From positions 32,614,001 to 32,678,000 of the forward strand of contig CM059432.1 in NCBI GenBank assembly GCA_030390025.1: a DNA stretch of 64,000 nt, in the 5' to 3' direction. How positions within the stretch are numbered: the stretch's first letter is position 1; the number at the start of each line of letters is the position of its first letter. This DNA comes from Squalus acanthias (taxonomy: Eukaryota). Below, in pieces: positions 24,270 to 36,585 of the stretch. The notes below the pieces were generated by a model. It ran no database searches, was not told where the DNA came from, and worked only from the letters and a program-made list of their open reading frames with translations. Made by a program: the position numbers and the translations under genes.

Positions 24270-27063
24270 GGGAATGGTAGCATAGTGGTTAAGTTACTGG
24301 ACTAGTAATCCAGAGGCCTGGACTAATGATCCAGGGACACGAGTTCAAATCCCACCGCGCCAGCTGGGGAATTTAAATTCAGTTAATTAAATAAATCTGG
24401 AATAAAAAAGCTAATGACCATGAAACTATCGGATTGTCGTAAAAACCCTTTAGGGAAGGAAATCTGCCGTCCTTACCTGGTCTGGCCTATATGTGACTCC
24501 AGACCCACAGCAATGTGGTTGACTCTTAACTGCCCTCTGATATGGCCTAGCAAGCCACTCAGTTGTAACAAACCGCTACAAAACAATAAAATATGAAACC
24601 GGATGGACCATCCGGACCATCGACCTCGGCACCGGCTACGGACACGGCAACAGCACACCCAGCCCAATTGACCCTGCAAATCCTCCTCACCAACATCTGG
24701 GGACTTGTGCCAAAATTGGGAGAGCTGTCCCACAGACTAGTCAAGCAACAGCCTGACATAGTCATACTCACAGAATCATACATTTCAGCCAATGTCCCAA
24801 ACTCCTCCATCACCATCCCTGGGTATGCCCTGTCCCACCTTACAGTCGGGAAGGAGTGGCCCTGGGAGTCCTCAACACTGAGTCCAGACCCCATGAAGTC
24901 TCACGGCTTCAGGTCGAGCATGGGCAAGGAAACCTCCTGCCCTCCCTCAGCTGATGAATCAGTACTCCTCCATGTTGAACACCACTTGGAAGAAGCACGG
25001 AGAGTAGCAAGGGCACAGAATGTACTCTGGGTGGGGGACTTCAATGCAGCACCACTGCTGGCCGAGTCCTGCAGGACATAGCTGCCAGTCTGGTCCTGCG
25101 ACAGGTGGAGAGAGAACCAACACGAGGGAAAAACCAACTTGACCTCGTCCTCACCAATCTACCTCTCGCAGATGCATCTGTCCATGACAGTTTTAGTAGC
25201 AGTGGCCACCGCACAGTCATTGTGGAGACGAAGTCCCGTCTTCACACTGAGGACACACTCCATCGTGTTGTGTGGCACTACCACCGTGTTAAATGGGATA
25301 GATTCAGAACAGATCTAGCAGCTCAAAACTGGGCATCCATGAGGCGCTGTGGACCATCAGCAGCAGCAGAATTGTATTCTACCACAATCTGTAACAGTTT
25401 TGGTGTCCATACTTAAGAAAAGACATACTTGCTCTCGAGGCAGTACAAAGAAGGTTCACTCGGTTAATTCCGGGGATGAGGGGGTGGACATACGAGGAGA
25501 GGTTGAGTAGATTGGGACTCTACTCATTGGAGTTCAGAAGAATGAGAGGCGATCTTATTGAAACATATAAGATTGTGAAGGGGCTTGATCGGGTGGACGC
25601 GGTGAGGATGTTCCCAATGATGGGTGAAACTAGAACTAGGGGACATAATCTTAGAATAAGGGGCTCCTCTTTCAAAACTGAGATGAGGAGAAACTTTTTC
25701 ACTCAGAGGGTAGTGGGTCTGTGGAATTTGCTACCCCAGGAAGCTGTGGAAGCTACTTCATTAAATAAATTTAAAACAGAAATAGACCGTTTCCTAGAAG
25801 TAAAGGGAATCAGGGGTTACGGAGAGTGGGCTGGAAATTGGACATGAGTTTGAGTTCGGATCGGTCAAGGCCCTGTGGGTGGCGGAGCGGGCCCAGGGGC
25901 CGAGTGGCCTGGTCCTGCTCCTACTTCTTGTGTTCTTTAGAGTTGAGGTTGGATCAGATCAGCCATGATCTCATTGAATGGCGGAGCAGGCTCGAGGGGC
26001 CGATTGGTCTACTCCTGCTCCTATTTCTTATGTTCTTATGTAACCTCATGACTCGGTATATCCCTCACTCTACCATTAACATGAAGCCTGGTTCAATGAG
26101 GAGTGTAGAAGAGCATGCCAGGAGCAGCACCAGGCGTACCTAAAAATGAGGTGCCAACCTGGGGAAGCTGCAACACAGAATTATATGCATGCTAGCAGCA
26201 TGCTATAGACAGAGCTAAGCGATCCCACAACCAGCGGATCAGATCTGCAGTCCTGCCACATCCAGTCGTGGTAATTAAACAACTAACGGGAGGAGGAGCG
26301 CCATGAACATCCCCATCCTCAATGATGGTGGAGCCCAGCACGCGAGTGCAAAAGACACGGCTGAAGACAACCATCTTCAGTCAGAAGGGCCGAGTGGATG
26401 ATCCATCTCGGCCTCCGCCTGAGGTCCCCACCATTACAGAAGCCAGACCTCAGCCAATTCGATTCACTCCACGTGATATCAAGAAATGGCTGAGCGCAAA
26501 GGCTATGGACCCCAACAATATCCCAGCTGTCGTGTTGAAGACTTGTGCTCCAGAACTAGCCGCCCCTCTAGCCAAGCTGTTCCAGTACAGCTACAACACT
26601 GGCATCTACCCGACAATGTGGAAAACTGCCCAGGCATGTCCTGTCCACAAAAAGCAGGACAAATCCAATCCGGCCAATTACCAATCTACACTCAATCATC
26701 AGTGTGTACCATCTACAAGATGCACTGCAGCAATTCGCCAAGGCTTTTTCGACAACATCTCCCAAACCCGCAACCTCTACCACCTAGAAGGACAAGAGCA
26801 GCAGGCGCATGGGAACACCATCACCTCAAAGTTCCCCTCCAAGTCACACACCATTCTGACGTGGAAATATATTGCCATTCCTTCATCGCCATTGGGTGAA
26901 AATCGTGGACCTCCCTTCCTAACAGCACTGTGGGATTACCTTCACCACACAAACTGCAGCGGTTCAAGAAGGCGGCTCACCACCACCTTCTCAAGGGCAA
27001 CTAGGGATGGGCAATAAATGCTGGCTTTGCCAGTGACGCTCACATCCCATGAACGAATAAAAA
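24270..27063 (+). mobile_element. Internally deleted APE/RT LINE of a second family, with a tRNA-like 5' head
   Basis: A box TAGCATAGTGG (24278-24288) and B box GTTCAAATCC (24343-24352). APE motifs LTNIWGL, DIVILTESY, WVGDFN, LDLVLTN; RT-adjacent LKTCAPELAAPLAKLFQYSY. Tail gggcaataaatgctgg...cacatcccatgaacgaataaaaa. Confidence 0.8.
25396..26038 (+). mobile_element. CR1 3' fragment inserted in the tRNA-headed LINE
   Basis: TGTAAC duplicated at 25390-25395 and 26039-26044; ORF 25476-25847. Confidence 0.88.
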
Positions 27064-27275
27064 GAGTGGGGATCATGGGTACAGCACCAATGCATACACA
27101 GAAAGTTCTAAATGTTTTCAGATATCAGCATTTGATGGGCCAATACTGGATTCTACACCGATGCAATAAAAATAGCATACCAGACTACAGTGAAATGTGG
27201 ATCGCTGACTCAATGTAGTATTAGTCAAGAATAGTTCTATTCTTTAAAGGCTCTTTAATAAACACTTCAACTTAA

Positions 27276-27432
27276 AACAAAAGCAAAATACTGCGGATGC
27301 TGGAAATCTGAAATGAAAATAGAAAATGCTGGAAATACTCAGCAGGTCAGGCAGCACCTGTGCAGAGAGAAATAGAATGCTCTCCACAGATGCTGTCTAA
27401 CCTGCTGTGTATTTCCAGCATTTTCTGTTTTT
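27276..27432. mobile_element. PLE terminal-repeat foldback insertion lacking the central hammerhead region
   Basis: Inverted copies of the same repeat; flanking ACTTCAA(C/T)TTAA 12-bp duplication. Confidence 0.7.
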
Positions 27433-28911
27433 ACTTCAATTTAATAGCTAGCTCTAAACGACAGTCATTAGGACTACACCGTGATAATTTTGGTAACATA
27501 ATCTAAAACCTGAGAAATTTACCACCTGAAATTAGGTCAATGGTTTGAGGTGACACTATTTAAACACCCACCTCCCCAAAGGACTGATTTATTTATATCA
27601 AAATTGCTTAAAATAATTTACATTCCAGTAGTTGAGCATACTCACAGATAGCACAGTGTAGTGATTATGGTACTAATCCTACAACTCAGAAGTCATGAAA
27701 TCAAATCCCATTATGACAAGTTGTGAAATGAATTGAATAAATCTGGTCATTTGTGTGCACTAGAATGTGAAAATTGACCATGAAATTTGCCAGATTTTTG
27801 TAAAAAAAACAAATGGTTTATTAATGTCCTTTAGGGAAGCAAATTTTCCACCCCTACCTAGTCTGGCCTACACAGAACACATTACATAGTTGACTCTTAA
27901 TGCCCTCTGAATTGACCTAGCAAGACAGTAATTTGTACAAACCAATTGCGCTTTTAGGGTTGGGCAATAAATGTGGCCTTGGCAGTAATGAGAACGAATG
28001 AAAATGATAGCAAGGATGATCGGAGCAAGGTTATTATTGTTGATCGCAATATTCGATCTGAAGTATACGCGCACCATGCAACAGGAAGGGAATGTGTAAT
28101 TATAAGAGGCTGCTTTTTGGAGCAATTCACGTACTATGTTTTAAATATGGTACTTTATTCTTTAAAAATCATTATACAAGTGCAGTATGGTGATGTAGTC
28201 AACATGTTGGGAGTTCCAATGCCTTGAGCCACAGGTAGGATTTAGGTCAAGCTGTAATTGCCCCTCTCTCGCAATTTGAGTCCCTAATTTCATCAGCGGG
28301 AGATGCCAAGCGTAGGTACTAAAGGGCCAGTTACTCGCGCACTTTTCAGTAACTGAACATACAGTGGCATTGATGGAAGCCTAAGTGCAAATTTCTTGCC
28401 TGCCCTCTCAGTCCAAGCTGTTATATGGCACTGACAAGACTACGGGGAGGGGAATTTAAATACATTTTAAAAAGTTGACTCACATCTTGGTTAAATATAG
28501 ACTTAGCAGCTTAGGGCAATTATACAATTGTCTGAATAAATCTGTTAATTTGGACTGTTTGCCAACCCAGTGCATAAGAATCATACAGCTAACAAAACAT
28601 AAATACACGGTAGCATTTTATCATCACAATGTTGCTTATCCATTGTAGAGCATTATTAGACTGGCCAGATCAAAATAGATATACAGTACTGTACCTTGCC
28701 AATTGCAAATAGCTTAACAGAGCAATTCAGCCAATAAAGAGATACATTTACATTTATATCACATTTCTCACATGTGTATCAAAGTGCTTCACATACAATG
28801 ACTGTTGTTATTTAAGTCATGCTTACCCATTTAAAGAAAATGTTGCAAATATTTTGCTGTGAGCAAGACCACAATATACAGGGATATATTAGTTTCCAAA
28901 GATTCACTTAC

Positions 28912-29113
28912 CATTAAGTGTCCCTTCAAAATCAGTGGCAAGGTTTCACTGATGGGGGGTGAGTAACCATAGTCATCACAGGGTAAGTCCCCACGTCGCC
29001 TTCTCCCATGAGACAGACCACCCTGGCCGTAAGTTTTTGGACAGAACACCTTATACAAGCAGAAGAGCAGAATTACGAGGAGGACTCCTGATGCCAACCC
29101 AAGAGCTCCAACT
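28912..29113 (-). CDS. SCAP: SCAP coding exon (TM8 and cytosolic linker), 202 nt
   Basis: [30 protein letters not shown]...[17 protein letters not shown]...LKGHLM. Acceptor ctgtag, donor gtaagt. Confidence 0.96.
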
Positions 29114-29489
29114 CTACAGGGGAGAAATAGAACAAAATCTATAATTAAAAACAATAGTAATCATGGTTGTTTCAATGGAAATGTTGTTTTCTAGCAATCT
29201 GCTTGGCCAATAGTAATCATATGGCTTCTGCAAATAAAAAAAATACTGATTTGGGACATCTTCCAATCAGAACAAGTGATGCTTGACCCTCTGCTTGCAG
29301 CGAGGAAAATGCTAGGCTGTCTGGGGCCTGTCCTTGAGCACAAACTACTCCCTCTGCATAACAACTCACCACTAGCCACAAGAAGAATCAACACCAACCA
29401 ACATGACCACTGGTATGCAGAGCCCCTCCTCACTGTCTCCGAGTTTAACCGGCAGAAACTGGGACCAATCAAGGTGTCATGTCCCTCAC

Positions 29490-31028
29490 TGTTAAGCGAA
29501 GCAAAAGAGGAAATAGCAGAGGCCCTGACCATCATTTTTCAATCCTCTCTGGCTTCAGGTGTGGTGCCGGAGGACTGCTAATGTGGTACCCTTGTTTAAA
29601 AAGGGAGAAAAGGATAGACCGAGCAATTACAGGCCAGTCAGCCTAAACTCGGTGGTGGGAAAATTATTGGAAAGAATTCTGAAGGACAGGATAAATCTTC
29701 ATTTAGAAAGACTGATTAATCAAGGATAGTCAGCACGGATTTGTTAAGGGAAGGTCGTGTCTGACAAACTTAATTGAATTTTTTGAGGAGGTAACAAGGA
29801 GGGTAGATGCGGGTAGTGCATTTGATGTAGTGTATATGGACTTTAGCAAGGCTTTTGATAAGGTTCCACATGGCAGACTGGTCACGAAGTTAAAAGCCCA
29901 TGGGATCCAGGGCAAAGTGTCAAGCTAAATTCAAAACTGGCTCGGAGACAGGAAGCAGAGGGTAATGGTTGATGGGTGTTTTTGTGACTGGAAGGCGGTT
30001 TCCAGTGGGGTTCCGCAGGGCTCAGTACCAGGTCCCTTGCTTTTTGTGGTACATATATCAACGATCTTGACTTGAATATAGGGGGTATGATTAAGAAGTT
30101 TGCAGATGATACTAAAATCGGCTGTGTGGTTGATACTGAAGAAGGAAGCTGTAGACTGCAGGAAGATATCAATAAATTGGTCAGGTGGGCAGAACAGTGG
30201 CAAATGGAATTCAATCCGGTGAAGTGTGAGGTAATGCATTTGGGGAAGGCTAACAAGGAAAGGGAATACACATTAAATGGTAGGACACTGAGTAGTGTAG
30301 AGGAACAAAGGGACCTTGGAGTGCATGTCCACAGATCCCTGAAGGTAGCAGGCCAAGTAGATAAGGTGGTTAAGAAGGCATATGGAATGCTTGCCTTTAT
30401 TAGCCGTGGCATAGAATACAAGAGCAAGGGGGGGGATTATGCTTCAACTGTATAAAACACTAGTTAGACCTCAGCTACAGTACTGCGTGCAGTTCTGGTC
30501 ACCACATTACAGGAAAGATGTGATTGCACTAGAGAGGGTACAGAGGAGATTTACAAGGATGTTGCCGGGAGTAGAGAATCTTAGCTATGAGGAAAGACTG
30601 GATAGGCTGAGTCTGTTTTCCTTGGAACAGAGGAGGCTGAGGGGAGACCTTATTGAGGAGTATAAAATTATAAGGGGCATAGATAAAGTGGATAGAAAGG
30701 ACCTATTTCCCTTAGCAGAGGGGTCAAAAACCAGGGGACACAGATTTAAAGTAATTGGTGGAAGGTTTAGAGGGAATTTGAGGGGAAATTTCTTCACCCA
30801 GAGGGTTGTGGGGGTCTGGAACTCGCTGCCTGAAAGGGTGATCGAGGCAGGAACCCTAACCACATTTAAAAAGTACTTGGATGTGCACTTGGGATGCTCT
30901 AACCTGCAGGGCTACGGACCAAGAGCTGGGAAGTGGGATTAGGCTGGATAGCTCTTTGTTGGCCGGCGCAGACACGATGGGCCGAAATGGCCTCCTTCCG
31001 TGCTGTAACTTTTTATTCTATGATTCTA
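29490..31028 (+). mobile_element. CR1 LINE 3' fragment (RT region and tail)
   Basis: ORFs 30072-30455 (KFADDTK) and 30439-30942; ttctatgattcta tail. Confidence 0.9.
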
Positions 31029-31249
31029 CCTTGAACCTGCAGCTCGATATAGCACTACATTCCTCCCATAAACACAGTGTAGTCAGGATATGCAAGGTTG
31101 TATTTTAAAAAGACAAGATCAAATGGACCAAAGGGAGCTCTTCAAACATATCTTGTGAATATTAACAAAATGCAAAAGAGGAAAAGCAAAGAATTTCACT
31201 CTCAACAGATTAAAATATCATGCAAACTATAACAGAACTATAACCATCC

Positions 31250-32740
31250 TAGGTTACTGAGGGAAGTAAGTGTGGAAATTGCGGAGGCTCTGGCCACAAT
31301 TTTCCAATCCTCCTTGGATATGGAGGTGGTGCCAGAGGACTGAAGGATTGCAAATGCTACAACCCCTGTTTAAAAAAGGGGAGAGGGATAAAGCCGACAA
31401 CTACAGGCCAGTCAGCCCTATGTCGGTGGTGGGGAAACTTTGAGACACAATAATCCGGGACAAAATTAATTGGCATTTGGAAAAGTATGGGCTAATAAAA
31501 TGAAAGTCAGCACGGATTTGTTAAACGAAAATCGTGTTTGACTAACTTGATCGAGTTCTTTGATGAAATAACGGAGAGGGTTGATGAGGGTAGTGTGGTT
31601 GATGTTGATATATGAACTTTCAAAAGGCGTTTGATAAAGTATCACACAATAGACTTGTTAACAAAATTAAACCACATGGATGAAAGGGACAGTGGCAGCA
31701 TGGATACAAAATTGGCGAAAGGACAGAAAGCAGAGTGTAGCGGTGAAAGGTTGTTTTTCAGATTAGAAGGAAGTATACAGTGGTGCCCCCCCCGGGGGGT
31801 TTGTATTCGATCACTGGTCTTTTCGATATATATTAATGACCTGGACTTGGGTATACAGGGCATAATTTCAAAGTTTGCAGATGATACAAAACTCAGAAAT
31901 GAGTAGGATAGTAACAGACTTCATAGACAGACTGGTAAAATGGGCAGACACATGGCAGATGAAATTTAACGCAGAGAAGTGTGAAGTGTCACATTTTGGT
32001 AGGAAGACTGAGGAGAGGCATTATGGACTCAACTATACAATTTTAAAGGGGGTGCAGGAACAGAGAAACTTAGGGGTGTCGGAACACAAATCTTTGAAGG
32101 TGGCAGGACAAGTTGAGAGGCTGTTAAAAAAGCATATGGGATGCTTGGCTTTATTAATAGAGGAACAGAGTACAAATGCAAGGAAGTTAGGCTAAATCTT
32201 TAAAAAAAACACTGGTTAGGCCTCAGCTGGCATATTGTGTTCAATTCTGGAAACCACACTTTAGGAAGGATGTCAAGACCTTGGTGAGAGTGCAGAAGAG
32301 ATTTACTAGAATAGGGATGAGGGACTTCACTTGTAGACAGTGAAGTGGAAAGACTGGAGAAGATGGGGTTTTCCCCCTTGGAGCAGAGAAGGCGAAGCAG
32401 AGATTTGATGGAGGTGTTCAAATTCATGAACGGTTTTGATAGAGTAAATAAGGAGAAACTGTTTCCAGTGGCAGAAAGGTCAGCAACCAGAGGACTCAGA
32501 TTTAAGGTGATTGGCAAAAGACATGAGGAAACATATTTTTTACACAGCGAGTTGTTGTGATCTGGAATGCACTGCCTGAAAGGGTAGTGGAAGCAGATTC
32601 AATAGTAACATTCAAAAGAGAATTGGATAAATACTTGAAAGGAAAAAATTTACAGGGCAATGGGGAAACAGCAAGGGAGTGGGATTAACTGGATAGCTCT
32701 ATCAAAGAGCCCGCACAGGCACGATGGCATCCTTCTATGA
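31250..32740 (+). mobile_element. CR1 LINE 3' fragment, decayed
   Basis: Frameshifted RT motifs (INDLD, KFADDTK) and CR1 tail. Confidence 0.85.
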
Positions 32741-33076
32741 ACTGACAAAACTTCTAAACTGTTATTGTTGATATAACAATTGCTCAATCACATGATGCAG
32801 AAACCTTTTGGTGATTGCGTCATGCAGGATGTCATCACAGTCAGTAATGCAAGTGGCTTCAAGCAGATAGCTAAAGCTTTAACGGACTTTTAATGCAACA
32901 AAACCAGCATGTGTTGAAACCCATGAACCACAGCTACCATGTGCAACTAAGTTATGTATAAATATAATCCTGGTTATACATATTTAGTGTGCTGATGACA
33001 CTAATTCACATAAAGAGAATCACATTTAAACCAATTGGCTTTAATTGTAAACATTCTTTCTAATTTAAGACTTTAC

Positions 33077-33292
33077 TTGTAGAGAGTGATGTCTAAATGA
33101 ACTTGTGGTTTAGAGGTGGGCAGTTGCTTATTTGGATCCCTTGCCCAGTTTCCATCGATGTTTTTTGCCTCTCCGTAATCTGCTGGGAACATGGGACGGT
33201 ATCGCTTTGCATCTTGAGGGTGTCGTGCATCCAGAGCATCTTGCAGACTCAGATGAAAGGAGACTGGGATGATGGGAAGAATGCTGACATAT
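33077..33292 (-). CDS. SCAP: SCAP coding exon (loop 7, C-terminal part), 216 nt, phase 2 to 2
   Basis: YVSILPIIPVSFHLSLQDALDARHPQD...DITLY(K). Acceptor tttacag, donor gtaaag; phases fit both neighbours. Confidence 0.95.
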
Positions 33293-34659
33293 CTGTAAAC
33301 GAACAAGTATCAATTAAAATGAGGTCCGTTCCAACAGTAGCAAGTGGCTTTAGTCCTTAGCTGTAGCTTTTTAACATTTCACTGGGATACCTATAGGAAG
33401 GGCAAAACTCATTGTGCAAGACCCTGCCAACTAAGAAAACAATTATAAAGAAGATGAGGGAAATCAAGTGCTGGCGAGTAAGTGATACCAAGCTTGGGTT
33501 TTAAAGGTCTATGGAATGTGGACTGCATCATTCCAGAAAAGCCAATCTATGCTAAAAAGTAATGGAAAAACACACACACATACTTGGAATGCCAGGTAGG
33601 TATCACTTTATATGCCTGATTCTTAAGAATTCATTTATTTATTGAGACTTCCTGTGAGGCATTGCGCCAAGCAGACTCTGCTGGACTACCAGTCAGGTGA
33701 AGTATAGCATAAGAACACAAAATAAGTGTAGCTAAAATATCTAAATACATTCAGCTAAACATTCTGTTTCTTACGGTTGCATTCCATTAGTTAGTTAGGA
33801 GCTACAACATTAGAAAACCAGACTTTCAACCTTACGTAAAGAACACAGGCAGCTGGAGCTGTTGAACTGAAGCAAATGGAAAGCTTGATCCATCTGACGC
33901 TAAGAAAGTGATGATTCCATCATTATGAAAAATTCCACCAACTAGCTGGCTCAATCACAGTTGAAATCACATGATTTACTGCTTGATAAATTTGGATGCT
34001 TAAATGAATCTACCTTCTCATCTGATGAATGGTTCTCTACCATAGAATCATAGAAAGTCGGCCCATCAAGTCGCCTCCGGCTCTTTCGAAGAGCAATCCA
34101 GTTAGTCCCATTCCCCCGCTCTTTCCCCGTATCCTGCAATTTTTTCTCCTTCAAGTATCTATCCAATTCCCTTAAATACCCTTAAAAACTCTAAGTTTAA
34201 CTATGTTGTCCCACTGAAGTTACGTAAATAGTTTGCCCATCCATAGATTTGAAGAATACAATTAAAAAATAAACTTCTTAGGTTCCACTGTCATCTCTTT
34301 CGCAAATAAAACACTGGTAATTTAAACCAAATCCATTTCACAAATAATCTTTTTTGAAACCCAAGAGAAGTCATTTAGTATTCAAAACAGCTAGTGACTT
34401 GCAAATTCCACTAAATGCATGCATGTATGGAAAGATTTTTTTTTGGTTATGCCCTGAGTATCAACACTGCCAGTCTTCCCTTTACTCCAAGGTCCTGGTG
34501 AAGTGCAAGTCTGACTGCCAGATGATGCTGGGATTAAAACTCTAATCTTCTCGTAAGGCCCAACTGTTAGCAGTACCTGAATCCCCTCATCACTAAGAAA
34601 ATACATCTTCTACATAAAAGTTTTTGGTGCTATTCATGGTTGAATCAACAACAACAATA

Positions 34660-35075
34660 TGGGGCTAGTAATCCAGAGGCCTGGACTAATGATCCGGAGA
34701 TGTGAGTCCAAATCCCACCATGGCAGCTGGGGAATTTAATTTCAGTTAATTAAATAAATCTGGAATAAAAAAGCTAGTGACCATGAAAACTACCGGATTG
34801 TCGTAAAAACCCATTTTTTTTCACTAATGTCCTTTAGGGAAGGAAATCTGTCATCCTTACCTGGTCTGGCCTATATGTTACTCCACACCCACAATGTGGT
34901 TGACTCTTAATTGCCCTCTAATTGCAAGCTCAGTGTATTCACTGTGGGAGTACTTTCTCAACATGGACTGCAGTGGTTCAAGAAGGCTCACCACCACCTT
35001 CTCAAGGGCAATTAGGGATGGGCAATAAATGCTGGCCTTGCCAGCGATGGCTGCATCCCGTGAACGAATAAGGAA
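34660..35075 (+). mobile_element. SINE-like element sharing head and tail with the LINE at 24270-27063 (older copies near 27650-28005 on + and 5740-6400 on -)
   Basis: Same ctagtaatccagaggcctggactaatgatcc... head joined almost directly to the ...ctcaccaccaccttctcaagggcaattagggatgggcaataaatg tail. Confidence 0.8.
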
Positions 35076-35089
35076 AAAAACGAATAAGA

Positions 35090-35840
35090 ACAACAACTTG
35101 CATTTGTATAGCGTCTTCAATGCAGTAAAACGTCCCAAGGTGCTTCACAGCAGTGTTATCAAACAAAATTTGACACCGAGCCCCATAAAGAGATATTAGG
35201 ACAGGTAAGGTAGGTTTTAAGGAGCATCTTAAAGGAGAAGAGAGAGGTTTAGGGAGGGAATTAGAGATTAGGACCTAGGCAGCTGAAGGCACGGCCACCA
35301 ATGGTGGAGTGATTAAAACTGGCATGCGCAAGAGGCCAGATGGGAGAAGAGCAGAGATCTCAGAGGGTTGTAGGGCTGGAGGTGGTGGGCGAAGGGATTT
35401 GAAAACAAGGATGAGAATTTTAAAATTGATGTGTTGCCGGACTGGGAGCCAATGATGGTCAGTGAGCACAGGGGTAATGGGTGAACGGGACTTAGTGTGT
35501 TAGGATATGGGCAGCAAAGATTTGGATGAGCTCAAGTTTACAGAGGGTGCAAGGTGGGAGGCCGGCCAGGAGAGCATTGGAATAGTTGTGGAAATACTCA
35601 GCAGGTCAGGTAGCATCTGTGGAGAGAGAAACAGAGTTAACATTTCAGGTCGATGACCCTTCGTCAGAACGTTCTGACGAAGGGTCATCGACCTGAAATG
35701 TTAACTCTGTTTCTCTCTCCACAGATGCTGCCTGACCTGCTGAGTATTTCCAGCATTTTCTGTTTTTAGTTCAGATTTCCAGCATCCGCAGTATTTTGCT
35801 TTTGTATTGGAATAGTTGTGTCTGGAGGCAACAAAGGCAT
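35090..35840 (-). mobile_element. L2-type LINE 3' fragment (host of the PLE palindrome)
   Basis: Peptide LTDHHWLPVRQHINFKILILVFKSL typical of the L2 ORF2 C-terminus; tail ..acgctatacaaatgcaagttgttg. Confidence 0.75.
35591..35805. mobile_element. PLE terminal-repeat foldback insertion containing a 164-bp spacerless palindrome
   Basis: 15-bp TSD ATTGGAATAGTTGTG at 35576-35590 and 35806-35820. Arms 35589-35670 and 35671-35752 differ at one position. Confidence 0.85.
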
Positions 35841-36585
35841 GGATAGGGCAGCCGGTACAGATCTGTGAAAAGAAAATCCTCTTTGATAAACTTAAGAGTC
35901 CTTTTGAAGAGATGACTAATTGGATAAAGGGAATGCAATAAATGAAGTGCATTTGGATTTTCAGAAGGTATTCAATAAAATGTCTCACAAGAGGCTTGTT
36001 CGAAAAGTTCAGGCATATGATACAAGAGGAAACATAGCAGCATGAATAGAAGGTTAGTTTACGGTCAGGAAACAGAGTTAGGGTAAATGGGTGTTCCTCG
36101 GATTGGAGAAAGAAGTGTACACCAGGATTCTGTGCTGAGCCCACTTTGTTCTCAGTATATATAGATGACTTAGACATGGGCACAGTTAGCACAATCTTGA
36201 AATCTGCTGACAATACAAAAACAGGGGGTTTGACAAACAGCAAGAAAGACTATGAAAGACTTCAGGCAGACAGACAGGTTAGCAGAATTAGTAGATATGT
36301 GGAATTTAATGTGGATAAGCATGAGGTAATGGGCTAAAAATTCGACAGCCCCTGCGCCTGTTCAAAGTAATGCAGGCAGCATTCAAACTTGGTGCTACTT
36401 GCTAATTTAAATGATAATGGTGTGCAGCCCAGCGCTAAATGCGCTGCAGAGTGGCTGCACGCTCAGCAGGGGGCCCAGGTTCATGCGAGGCTAACCTGCA
36501 CTTCTTAAAGGGAGGTGCAGTTTGACGAGACCAGGTGCTGGAAGTCATTCCAGAAGGCAGTTTCAACTGGGAAACATTCAGCAAT

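Noticed and set aside
24270..24360. Genuine tRNA gene
   Set aside because: A and B boxes are present, but the spacing is expanded, no clean cloverleaf is evident, and the sequence is the head of a repeated retroelement.
29270..29490. Unassigned segment fused in frame to the start of a CR1 fragment (ORF 29276-29581)
   Set aside because: No recognisable motif or second copy in the window; could be another repeat fragment and needs a database search.
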